64,000 nt of DNA. Origin: Eledone cirrhosa (taxonomy: Eukaryota). The DNA is taken from the NCBI GenBank assembly GCA_964016885.1, contig OZ024740.1, forward strand, positions 255,378,001-255,442,000, read 5' to 3'. Below are positions 22,701 through 35,028 of this stretch, piece after piece. The translations under genes and the position numbers were made by a program. Position 1 is the stretch's first letter; every line of letters begins with the position of its first letter. The notes below the pieces were generated by a model. It was not told where the DNA came from. It worked only from the letters and a program-made list of their open reading frames with translations, and did no database searches.

Positions 22701-25585
22701 TTGTGATCTGAATAGGCGACCGTTTCAAAACGTGGACAGCTTACACAATTTCTGTCTATTTTCCTAATGAATATCCTGTCTATATACGATCTAGATGACC
22801 CTGTGCGGTTAGTCCAGGTCCACACTGGCGCATTAGGGAAATCTAGTCGGTACCTGTCAGACAGTTGGAACTGGCTGATCAGGTTCTTGAGGCTTTTGTA
22901 CCCCCCGCTCCTATCGGATACTCCCACGCAGTCCCAGCGTGCGTCTAAGATGCCGTTCCAGTTCCCCGCTAACAGTAAAGGGCGAGACGTGCCCAGAAAG
23001 GCTTCCAGGCTTCTAAAGAAGTCCGGCCGTCCTGCCCCAGTAGGAGCATAGACGGTCACCAGTCTAAAGGCACCACCTTCGTTATTGTTCACGTCCAGGA
23101 CCACCAACTTCCCGTCCGGGTCCCGGAAGATCGACCTTACCTCCAGATCCAGGCCTTTTCAAAACAACACTGCCACCCCGCCTCCCATTCCCGGCCGGTT
23201 AACAGATGCAAAGATCTGATAGTCGTCGAAAATGGGGCTAGTGCACGTGTGTCGGAAATCCTGGACTCGCTGACGGCAATTACATCCCTTTCTAGAGACC
23301 TGAGGTCGTTGAGCAGGTGACCCTGCTTCCAGGACGATCCCAGGTATCAAACATTTAAACACCCTACTCTTAATACGGCCATGTTGGCAGGTTAAACAGA
23401 GTGAGAGGAAAGGTTTACTTACCTTCCGGGCTCTTGTGAAGGTCGGGTTGTTCGACCTCCATAGTTGGTGGGGTTTCTTTTGGGAACTCCTTTAAAAGTC
23501 TTGAAGTGGGTTTTACGTACGGTGTTCCCACGTCCCGAGAAAAGCCGTCTCGTATTTCTTTGTATAAATCGATCGACATTCGCACCAGAACCAAATCTTC
23601 CGGCACGCGAAATGTGGTCGATTTAAAAATTTCCCCCTCTTGTTGTATATTTTCACTTCGTGCTACGAGGGCCATCAGTTCCTTGTTGGCCGTCCTGACG
23701 AGCACGAAGCTTTGTATGTTTTGTTGGTGTGATTTTATTTGTTTGCGTGGCTGTGGTGGTGATCGTTTTGGTGGTGTTGTTTCGGTTGTCTGTGTTTGTT
23801 GTGAGTGCGCTGTCTGTGGTTTCAGATGTTTGTGTGTATATTTGTACTTGCGTCTGTTTAGGTTGTTTGCGTTTGGGGGATTCTGGAGATGGTGATGGTG
23901 GTGTTGATGTTGGTGTTATTGGAGAGATGTTTGCGTGGGTGGTGTCTGCGTTTTTTATTGTGGGTGATTTTGTGCTTTGTTGAGTTTTTTTTGTTTTTTT
24001 TTTGTTTCCTTTTTTGTATTTTGGGAGATTTTGGTTTTCCCTCATATTCACTACTGGTAGATGAGGGGTCTGTGTCTGTAAGTGTGTCTGTATGTATGTT
24101 TATAGTTTTATTGGTGTGTGTATTTTTTGGGTGGGTGGGGTGGGGGAATTTGACAGCTTTCCTCGTTTCTCCCCTGGGTGGTCAATGTTGGTGGTGGTCT
24201 TTCTATTGGTGTTGTTGCTGGTGGTTTTGCCTGTGCTGGTGTAGATTGTGGTCCTCGCCCCGGCGTCGGCAGCAGTGGAGCCTTTCGACCCCTTGCCTCT
24301 TTCAGCAGTTGAGGGCAGAAGGCTCGCAAATGGGTTTTTCCCCACAAACAAAACACTGCGGCCTTTTGCCTTCGGTCATAATGTGAATGACCGTCCCATT
24401 CTGAAGGCGGATGTGGTCCGGGGTTATCTTCACATTCTCGGGCCTGATCTGGAGAATGATCTCCAGGTCAACCCCGGACCAATCCTCTCTGGCCGTTCTG
24501 GTCACTTCTATAGGGACGGTATCCGTCCCCTCCACAATCACACATCCCAGAAGCCACCACGTGTCAAGTCGTGGTGGGATTCTGGGAATGCGGAGACGGG
24601 CCGTTCTTTTTCCCATGTGGGAGGGGTACATTATGACCTTGCTGGTTTTGAAAGGAGTCATAGCGTGTTTCATAGCGACGGCTTCTGACTTGAACAACAC
24701 CGAAATGGTGCCGTACTGTCTGCCCCTCTCTATGTATTCGGTGTCTTCTCTGATGCACCTCAGCGCGACTTCGACATCTGCTTGTGGGATTAAAGTTGTC
24801 CTTTTGGTTTGTGCTGAGATGCATCTATAATGCACTGTTCTGTGCTCCACTGCCTCAATAGCTTCTACCGGGACAGTTAAGTTGGCCCCGGTTTGCTCTT
24901 GCTTGATGAGCTTCCATGCCTCGGCCAACTTTTCATCTTTGTTTGAGAGGTCCATGTTGAAGCATGGCCCCTTTTGTGCTGCTGCCGCAGCGAAAGTGTT
25001 CTTCTTGTTTTCGTTGGGGGTGTTGTTGTCGTTGTCGTTGTTCTTGTTGGTGTTGTTGTTATCACTGTCGCTGTTATCATTGTTGTCTTTGTTGCCACCG
25101 TTGTTCTCGGTGCAGTTGGTATTGTTGCTGTTGGTGTTGTCGCTATTTGTTTTCATGTTAGTGGTGTTGATATTGTTGTTGCATTTGTCATATTTTTTTT
25201 GTTATCTGTATTTTCGTTGTCGCTGTTACTGTCATTTTTTTTCAAATTAGAGTTCTCATTGGTATCATTGGTGTCGTTGTGTTATCAATTTGTGTTAATT
25301 TCGCGGTAGCGCTCCTCTCAACTTCTAAGTCGTTGTCGCACGACAGCAGACATATCGCTGGGGGGCGTGGCTCAGCCATGTTTTTTTTTTCTTCGTAAAT
25401 TTTTTAAAATGTAAACATAGTTCAAATATTTGGGCCAAAAGGCCCAAATATTATACTTTGCCCTTCACAGGGCAAAGTCTAAGGGCTTATATCCCTTACA
25501 CAACAAGAAATATTTAACAACAAATAATTTTAACAGGCAAATAAAGCGACTTACTGGGAGCGAGCAAAATACGTCCGATTAGACC
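19726..25585 (-). mobile_element. Near full-length Tx1/L1-clade LINE E2 (~5.9 kb, frameshifted)
   Basis: ORF1 ~25156-23415 (N-rich, CFVCGEK/THLRAFC). ORF2 ATG ~23382: APE (YSDHK, GYWKLN), RT (FRPITLLN, DQSKAFDRVDH, AYADDI), C-terminal CPRC..ETVLHALVQC. 3' GGCCCTTGTGGCCAATAAA. Confidence 0.95.
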
Positions 25586-25616
<31 letters not shown>

Positions 25617-28600
25617 CTTTCTTTATTAACCACAAGGGCTTACATAAAGTAGACATTAAGGACAGTACAGGACAATACAGGACGGTACAAATGGGCATTT
25701 CTGCGTGTAAAAAACAAAAGCAGAGGATGTAACAAAAAAATAACATTGAAAAATTCCCTAATAGGGGGGGGGGGGAGACTTCCGAGGGACATTCGTGGAG
25801 AAAGCCCATTAAAAAGCCACAGTGACCCTGATCACCCCAAGTACGTCGTCGCTCATCCCTTCCACTAATCTTCTATAGAACGCCAAGTTGCAGTTTCCAC
25901 CGATCACATTTCCCGATTGGTCGAGGGCTGTGAGCGCCTGAAGACATTCCAGTCTCCAAGCGCTCCCTCTCGGTCTTCGCTTGACCCAGGACTGCAGCTC
26001 CGTCAAGGAGACGAGCTGGGGAAAGACGTGTCTAGCAAACGGCGACCACACCGGATCACCGTTGAGGAAGAGGTGGAGATGTCGTAGCCTGAGCGCGTGT
26101 CTGCGCATCATCAGCCACGGCATGCCCAGCCCTCTACGTAGCGGGTGTTGGTGGCAGATGGACCGCCTGACCATCGGAGGGTGCCCCATCCACAAAAAGC
26201 GAAAGAGCAAACGCTCCGGCGCAGTCGGGCGAAGCTTAGGAAAAGGCACGACGGTCAGGCGGTAGTAGATGACGGACGCGATGTACGCATTCGCCACCTC
26301 CGCTCGACCTTTCAGGGATAGCTTCCTCCCTGCCCATTTCTGGGTGAGAGAAGCCACCCTGCTCGTCACCTCGTTCCTGTGTTTGTCCGTCTGGAGGTCC
26401 GGACCGAACCAGACCCCTAGCAATTTAACCGGTCTTTCCGTCCGTCCAGCGCCCGACGACGCTGTTGGACGGTATCGACCTGCTTCTCCTGCTGCAGGCC
26501 CACCGACTTTTCCTGGTTGATCATTGCTCCTGTCACCGCTTCGTATTCTCTTAGTGTAGTGCTGATCGCGTCGATGTGTTTGGCGTTAGACATCACTACG
26601 GTGACATCGTCCGCATATACTGACACGGATCTTCTGCATCCTATTTCGCGCGGGACCCCCTACAACGTCTCCAGTTTGTGCAGTAATGGCTCGAGAGTCA
26701 AATCGTACAAGAGGGACGAGAGGGGACATCGTTGGCGGACAGAGCGCATGATATTGAGCGGTTCCGAAAGGTGACCGTTCACTCTCACCACAGAGCAGAT
26801 GTCACTGTGCATGGCAGAGATCCAGCCCCTGAAGACGGGCCCAAAGCCAGCCGTCCTCAGGACTGCCGCCAGATAACGATGGTCGACTCTATCGAAAGCT
26901 TTCGACTGATTTAAATTGATCAAGGACCCACCCGTGCCAGGTTCCCTAGCTACCCTCTCCACGATGTATCGCACGATGTGGAGGTTGTCGTGGATGGATC
27001 TGTCGGGAATGGCGCATGTCTGCGTCTATCCCACCAGACCCTTGAAGAGAAGCGCCAACCTCTTTGCTAGCACCTTGGCCAAAATCTTGAACTCTGTGTT
27101 TAGCAGAGTCATGGGCCTGAAATTATCTATGTTATCCCCCTTGTTCGGATCCTTTCTCAGCAGCGTCACCGCTCCTCGGCTCACAGACTGGGAATTCTTC
27201 CGTTCTGTTGCCAGTTGCAGTAGACGTCCGCCAAGAGGCCTCCGAACAAGTCTGGCATCTGTACGTAAAGTTCATAGGGCAGACCATCCAAACCAGGCGA
27301 TTTATCCCTTGTGCAGACAGTCATTGACTCCCGTACTTCAGCTGCTGTTATCGTCTTTTCGCAACACTCCGCCTCAGTGGCCGAGAGCCGCGGCACTCCG
27401 TCGCGGAAGACACTAAAGTCCGTCCCTCGATCCCCCCCCCCCGAACAGCTGAGCGAAGTGTCGCTGAAAAGCTTCATACATTTGACAGGGATCGTGTAGC
27501 ATGCGCCCGTCGTGGTCCACCAAAGACCGGATTGTGGCTTTGTTGCCACGACGCGCCTCCGCCAATCAAGCCAGTTGAACGGCTTTCGTGCCCTCGTGTC
27601 TGAGAGCACGCACCCTAGCTCTGACAACGCAGCCTTCGTGCTTTGCATTGAAGAATTGGTCAAGGGCTAATTTCGCCGCAAGTGCGTCGGTCGCGATGTC
27701 TTTGCTAAGCGCCTCGTCTAATTTTCTAACTAGTTCTCTTTCTGCTCTAATTTTCTCTATTGCTAAAGCCTTACTAAATCTAATGGACTCTATTCTAATC
27801 GCTCTTTTCAGAGCAAACCACCACTTGTTGTTGACGATTGCCCCCATCAACGCCCGCTTAACTAGTTCGCTAATCCGGACACTGTAGGCCTTGCGCGCTG
27901 TTAATGACGCGTTTAGCTTCCAGTAGCCGGGTCCTTGTCTATGAAGCCTATCTAAGTCAACCACACAGACCACGAATTTGTGGTCTTTGTAGCTGACTAT
28001 CTTGAATTGTGGACAGCCTATGCAAGACCTATCTATTTCCCTACAAAATACTCTATCTAGATATGATCTGGATGACCCGATACGGTTTGTCCAAGTCCAC
28101 ATTGGCACATTCGGCACATTCGGGAAATCCAATCGGTACCTGTCATACAGTTCAAAACGCCTGAGCAGGTTGGTGTGGATCTTGCAGCCTCCTCCTCTAT
28201 CCGCTAATCCCACACAGTCCCACCGTGTATCTAAGATACCGTCCCAGTCGCCCACTAACACTAAAAAAAGGTCTCCAGACTTCCAAGAAAGTTCTCCAGA
28301 CGCCGGAAGAAATCCGGCCACCCAGGTCCTGACGGGGCATAGACGGCCACTAACTTGAAAGCTTTCCCGTCTCCGCTGGTCACGTCCAGCACCACCAACT
28401 TACCTTCTGGGTCCATGGATATGGCCCGTATGGCGAGATGCAAACCTCTCCGAAAAAGCACAGCAACTCCTCCCCTCGATCCAGGACGGCTGGGTGATGT
28501 GTACACATCGTAGCCGCCGAAGATCGGTGCGAAGGCCCGTCCTTCGGAGATTCTGGTCTCGCTGATGGCCACCACATCTATGTTTAGTAACCTGAGGTCG

Positions 28601-30773
28601 TTGAGCAGGTGACCCTGCTTCCATGACGACCCCAAGCCACGCGCATTTATGCTGCCTATTCTGAGTGAGGTCATGTTGAAAAGGAATGGAAAAGATGGCA
28701 AAGACCACTACCTTACTTCTCGTAGAAGAAGGATGGTTTCTCCATCCTTGTCACTGCTTGTGGCCTCCTCCGGAAGGATGTCCTTATAAATCCTCCTGGA
28801 GCGTGCTTGTCGGAAATCTCCGATGTCCTTGGAGAATTTTTGTTTTAGTGTCGTGTACGTTTTCTGTGTGATGCGAGTGATTTGTATGTGTGGAGGTGGT
28901 GTGAATTTTGGGGGTGTTGTGTTGGATGTAGTGTAATAATTGGTTGTTGTTCAAATTTAATGCTGTGTAGTGTGTATCGTTTTGGTTGTTTTGTTTTGTT
29001 TGCGTTTGTTGTGGGTTTGTTTCTGTTTCGCTTTTTGGTGACTTTTGTGGTGTTGGGGTTAATGATGGTGATGGTGTTGGTGTTTGTGGTGATGGGGTTT
29101 GTGATGCTGGTATGGATGGTGGTATAATTGTCCTAACTTTTTTGTTTATTTGTTCATTTGTTTCCCCCCTGCATTTTGTTTTTGGAGGGCGAAGGAAGAG
29201 AATTTTTTTCTTTTTGGGGTTCTTTTTCTTTTTTTCTTTTTTCCTGATACAGTTTCCCACTCCTCGTCGTCACAATCTGTCTCCAGTTGCGATAGTTCGG
29301 GGAGTGGAAAATCCTCCACAGGCATTGGTTTTGGTTGTGGTGTGGTGGATGGTGGAGGCGCTGGTGCTAATTCTGGCGCGGTGGGTGGTGGTGTTTGTTT
29401 TGCTACTGTTGCTGGGGTTGTTGCTGCTACAGTTGCTTATGTTGTTGCTGCTACAGTTGTTGCTGCTACAGTTGTTGCTGCTACAGTTGTTACTGACATT
29501 TCTGCTGCTGGTGGTGTTGATGGTTGAGTCACTGGGATGGGTTAGGGAGTTGGCCTCAACTTTTTAGCCTGAGGGCAGAAAGCCTTTAGGTGGGTTCCTT
29601 CACCACAAATGACACACCTAGACCTTCTACCCTCAACGATTACGGTGAGGTGGCTGCCGTCAGTGAGGTCTATCACCTCTGGAATTTCGTCAATGTTTTT
29701 TATGGTCTGCTTGGATCAGGAGCTCCACCCCAGATTCGGACCAGTTCTCCTGCTTTTCTTTTGTTACGTCAATTATTTTCGTGTTGGCCTCGATGCCGGT
29801 GAGGACGGCAGCCATTAGCCAGGGAATTTCGATGGCCGGTGGAACGTGGGTCACCCTGATCTTCACGAGTCTCTGACCACAGTAGTCTGGGACGAGTGAG
29901 AAGTCGTCACTTCTTAATGGGGCCATGGAGTGCTCTCTGGCTTCTTGTGGTGTTCCAAAGAACACGTCCACAGTTCCATATTTTTGCCCACGTCTGATGT
30001 GTGGTCTTTTCGCCCACACATGTCCCAAAGCTATTTGTATTTGGGACTCGGATGCCCGTTCCACTCGGCGTGATTTTGTGTTTATCGTTCGATATAACAC
30101 GGTGCATAGGCGCCGATGCTCCATTTTATTAGGGGGTGGGGTGGGAGCTGACCCTGTACCCATCTTTTTTTACCATTCGCTTGGCTTCATTTAATTCATC
30201 CTGGCTTACCTCGATTGTTTCGGTTTTCTTGGCTGCTTTGGCAAACGACACATTTTGTTTTGCGGTGGTGTTGATGTTGTTATTCTCATTGTTGTTGTTG
30301 TTGCTGTTGTTGTTATTGTTATTTTTAGTTTCAGTTGTGGTGGAGGTGGTAGTGGTGTCAGTGGTGTTCAGCGTGGAAGAGTCGATTCTGGGTGAATCCA
30401 TTTCGATGTCACGAGATAATAATTTATTTTTTTTGGTTTCTGTTGTCGCTGTGGTGGTGGTGGTGGTGGTGGTGGTGGTGGTATCAGTGGTGTCCGTTGT
30501 TCTTTTTGACATTGTGGTGGTCGGAGTGGGTCTGTTAAAAACAGTAAATTTTTCGTCATGTTTTTTTTTCAAAGAAATATTTTGTCTGATATATAAAAAG
30601 TTTAAGTTTTGGTCTCAAGGCACCAATATTTTTTGTGTCCTTTTCAGAAAGCAATATATGTGAACTTATAAACACTTAACAACAAAAATTTTCCATAACT
30701 GGCAATTTGAAACAACTGAAAACAACAAAACTTTGAGGAGCTCACGATAATACGATTTCCTACGTAGGTCGCC
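25586..30773 (-). mobile_element. Near full-length Tx1/L1-clade LINE E3 (C-terminal zinc-finger region deleted near 25830)
   Basis: ORF1 30572-28710 pieces (T/N-rich, CVICGEGTHLKAFC); ORF2 from ~28675 MTSLRIGSINARGL, RT SVYADDV; (AAT)n tail at 25586-25615. Confidence 0.95.
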
Positions 30774-30834
<61 letters not shown>

Positions 30835-33395
30835 TTACTAATAATAATAATAATAATAATGTTTTCTTTATTGGCCACAAAGGCTGACATGAACAAAAAC
30901 ATTAGAGACGGCACAGAACAGCACAGGACGATACAAAGTGGGTTTTGGTCGCGTAAACAGGTTATAACAAAATCGGGCTAGAAATCCCCCAAAATTAAAA
31001 CAACAAAAATTCCCCAAGAAGGGGGAACCTCCAAGGGTCACTCGTGGTGAAAACCACACAAAAGACACGGGCCATTCTGACAACCAGGGCAAGCGCCCTC
31101 TCTCATTTTTCACACTCCTCAGTCTACAGTCGTATACTCAGAGCGGGCCACTTCACTCGGACCAGACTCGCCACTTTCACCCACCTTTCAACAAACTTAC
31201 TAGAAAACAGTACTTGCCTCTCCACCCTGATTTTTCTCTTCAAGTGAAACTTGAAAAAGTTAATCAGGGATTGGCCGGAGAGGAAAGTGTCCGTCTTCAA
31301 CCCTTTCAACCTTGTACACCACACAATCTCTTTCGCCATGGCCACCAGGCAGATGAAAACTGCCTGCCCTTCCTCCTCTTTAAAGGAGTATGGCGGGGCT
31401 ATCTGCACAATGGACTCAGTCGATAATGGGAACCGTCCTACACGCGACAGCAACTGTTCGACATAGCTCCACAAGTCAGCAATGCTAGGGCACTGAACGA
31501 GTGCGTGCAGGACGGTTTCGTCGCCATGCGCGCATCTCGGACAGGCTCGGCTGACAGCACCTCCGTGCCTGTAGAGCTTATCCCGAATTGGCAACTCTAC
31601 CCGGTAGCACTGCCAGGCCAGGGATTTCTGGAAGTTCTCCATAGGCCCCGGTCTGAAAGTTCTCTTGAAGAGAGCGAACAGCTGATCGTCTTCGACGCCT
31701 AGGGTCTCCCCGAGAACGTCGTCGGTCTTTCCCTCCACTAGCCCTCCATAGAACCCCGAGTTGGATGTTCCACCGATACTAATGCCCAGCTGGTAGAGGG
31801 CGGTGAGCGCTTGGACACATTCCAGCTTCTAAGCGCTATCCCTCGGTCTTTTCCTGATCCAGGACTGCAGCTCCGTCAAGGAAACGAGCTGGGGAAAAAT
31901 GCGTCTGGCAAACGGCGACCACACCTGTTCACCGTCAAGGAAGCACCAGAGATGTCGCAGCCTCAGCGCGTGTTTGCGCATCATCAGCCACGGCATGTCT
32001 AGTCCTCCACGCAACTGGAGTTGACAGCGGATGGATCGTCAAATGGGAGCAGGTCCCTTCCACAAAAAGCGGAAGAGAAGGCGCTCCATTTTGGTGAGAG
32101 TTGGGCGGAGGCAAGGTACGACGGTCATGCGGTAGCAGATGACGGACGCTATGTACCCATTCGCCAGCTCCGCCCGGCCTTTCAGAGACAGCCTCCTCTC
32201 GGCCCATTTCTGGGTGAGAGAAGCCACCCTGCTCGTCAACTTACTACAGATTTTCTTCATCTGGAAGTCCGGTCCGAACCAGACTCCGAGCAATTTAATC
32301 GGTCATTCCGTCCAGCGCCCCACGACGCTGTCGGACGGCATGGACTTGCCTCTGCAGGTGCCGAGTTGCAAGCCCACCGACCTTTCCTGGTTTAACTTTG
32401 CTCCTGTCACCGCTTCATATTCCTTGAGAGCGGTACCCAGCATCTGGACGTGTTTGATGCTCGACACCAACATGGTAAAGTCGTCGGCGTAAGCCGACTC
32501 GGATTTCCCGCATCCTAGTTCGCGTGGGACGCCCCTCATCGTCTCCAATTTATGTAGTAATGACTCTTGGGCCAGTACGTACAAGAGCGATGAGAGGGGA
32601 CAACCCTGGCGGACCGAGCACATGATGCTGAAAGGCTGCGACAGGTGACAATTCACATTCACAATCGAGCAGATGTCGCTGTGCATCTCAGCGATCCAGC
32701 CCCTAAAAACGGGCCCGAAGCCGGCTGCCTCGAGGACCGCAGCCAGGTACCGATGATCGACCCTATCAAATGCTTTAGATTGATCCCAAGTTGATCAGGG
32801 CCCCATCCGTGACAGGTTCCTTAACCACCCTCTCTATGATGTATTGCATGAGATGGAGGTTGTCGTGGATGGATCTGTCCGGAATGGAGCATGTATTCGC
32901 CTCTCCCACCAGATCACCGACGACAAGCGCCAATCTCTTTGCTAATACCTTGGCCAAAATCTTGAACTCTGCATTTAGCAGAGTTCTGGGCCTGAAGTTG
33001 TCTATAACGTCCCCCTTGTTCGGGTCTTTTCTCAGCAGCGCCACCGCTTCCCGGCTCACAAAACTGGGAATGCTTCCGTTCTGCTGCCAGTTGCAGTAGA
33101 CATCTGCCAAGAGGTCACCGAACAAGTCTGGCATATATGCATAAAGCTCGTATTTAACCTGCTGTTATCGGCTTTACGCAGCACTGCGCTGCGGTCGTCG
33201 AGAGCCGCGGCAGTCCGTCGAGGTATGCACCGAAGTCCATACTCCGATCCGGCCCGCCGCTGCTCCCGAACAATTGAGCAAAGTGCTGTTGAAAATCCGC
33301 ACACATCTGCTCGTGTTCGAGCAACATATGCCCGTTTTGATCAGGCAAAGACAGAATTGTGGGTTTGTTGCCACGTCGCGCCTCCACCACCCACC
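30774..33395 (-). mobile_element. Tx1/L1-clade LINE E4 (ORF2 RT + C-terminus + 3'UTR)
   Basis: NFRP..LLNAEFKIL, SVRQGCPLS, SAYADDF, CPRC..ETVLHALVQC; long (AAT)n tail at 30774-30860. Confidence 0.95.
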
Positions 33396-33442
33396 CAATA
33401 AAGCGACTTACTGGGAGCGAGCAAAAGACGTCGGATCAGACC

Positions 33443-34776
33443 AATAATAATAATTATAATGCTTTCTTTATTAACCACAAGGGTTGACACAAAGTAAAAC
33501 ATTAAGGACAATACAGGATAAAACAGGACGGTACAAATGGGCATTTCTGCGTGTAACCCCCCCCCCCCCCCCCCCTCCCCCCCAAAAAACCCCAGAGGAT
33601 GTAACAAAAAAGAAAAAAGAAACAATGAACAATTCACCAATAGGGGGGAGACTTCCGAGGGTCGCTCGTGGAGAAAGCCTATAAAAAAGCCACGGTTACC
33701 ATGACCGCTAGGGCAAGTGCCGTCTTCCAGTTTTCGTCCTACGATGCTACAGGCACACGCTCAGGGTAGGCCCATTTACATGGGCCATTGTTGCCTCTCT
33801 CACTCACCTTTCAACAAACTGGCTGGAAGGCAGCACTTTTCCCTCTCCACCCTGATGTTGTTAATGAGGGCGTCACCGAAGAGGAAAGTACCCGTCTTCA
33901 ACCCTTTCAGACGTGTCCACCATACTATCTCTTTTATCATGGCCATGAGGCAGATAAAAACTGCCTGCCCTTTCCGGCTAAAGGAAGGCGGCGGGGCAAT
34001 CCTCACGATGGACTCAGCTGCTAGCCGGATCCGTCCTACACGCGACAGCAGTTGTTCGACATAAACCCACAAGTCAGCAATGCTAGGACACTGGACCAGT
34101 GCGTGCAGGATGGTTTCGTCACCCTGCTCGCATCTCGGGCAGGCCCGGCTGACGGCACTTCCATGTCTGTAGAGTTTATCCCGAACTGGCAAGGCTCCCC
34201 GGTAGCACTGCCAGGCCAGGGATTTCTGGAAGTTATCCATAGGCCCCGGCCCGAAAGTTCTTCCGAATATATTGGCCAGTTGATTTTGGCTAGTTGATAT
34301 TTGCTAGTTGATTTTCGTCGACGCCTAGAGTCTCCCCAAGTACGTCGACGCTCTTTCCCTCCACTAACCCTCTATAGAACGCCAAGGCGGAGTTTCCACT
34401 AATCGCATTGCCCGACTAGTGGAGGGCTGTAAGCGCCTGAAGACATTCCAGTCTCCAAGCGTTCCCTCTCGGTCTTCGCTTGACTCAGCACTGCAGCTCC
34501 GTCAAGGAGACGAGTTGGGGAAAGACGCGTCTAGCAAACGGCGACCACACCTGATCACCGTCGAGGACGAGGTAGAGATGCCGTAGCTTGAGCGCATGTC
34601 TGCGTATTATCAGCCACAGCATACCCAGCCCTCCACGTAGCGGGTGTTGACAGCAGATGGACTTCCTGACCATCGGAGCACGTCCCTTCCACAAAAAGCG
34701 AAAGAGAAAACGCTCCAGCGCAGTCAGGCGAGGCTTAGGACAAGGCACGACGGTCAGGAGATAGATGACGGACGAG
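33443..34776 (-). mobile_element. 5'-truncated Tx1/L1-clade LINE E5 (same 3' subfamily as E3)
   Basis: ORF2 C-terminal pieces; 3'UTR closely matches 25616-25830; short (AAT)n tail. Confidence 0.92.
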
Positions 34777-34854
34777 TAGTTATAAACTCAGAGCAAGTAT
34801 AAACAAGAGTATTAATGGAAAATTTAAATTCTTTAATCCTAAAACCATATTTAT

Positions 34855-34975
34855 TCTCTTACACATGTTTCGAAAGTTATATGTATTCCATTCTTCGAAA
34901 TGTTGGGAAACATTTCGTATAGTCTATGCCTATCTATATGCGTAGATATATGGCTATTCTTTCTCTTCAGAGAAA
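34855..34975 (-). ncRNA. Hammerhead ribozyme with branched stem II
   Basis: Minus strand: tttct-CTGAAGA-gaaag..[atagcc..atcta cgcata tagat..ctat][cgaaatgtt tccc aacatttcg]..ctttc-GAAA-catgtg-TA-agaga. Confidence 0.75.
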
Positions 34976-35028
34976 GATGATTAAAGTTTTTATAATGAAT
35001 AGGGTTGTCAATGAAACATCGATTTTAC

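Noticed and set aside
17494-30663. Plus-strand Val/Leu-rich membrane-protein-like ORFs
   Set aside because: Antisense reading of the low-complexity (AAC/ACC) tracts in LINE ORF1.
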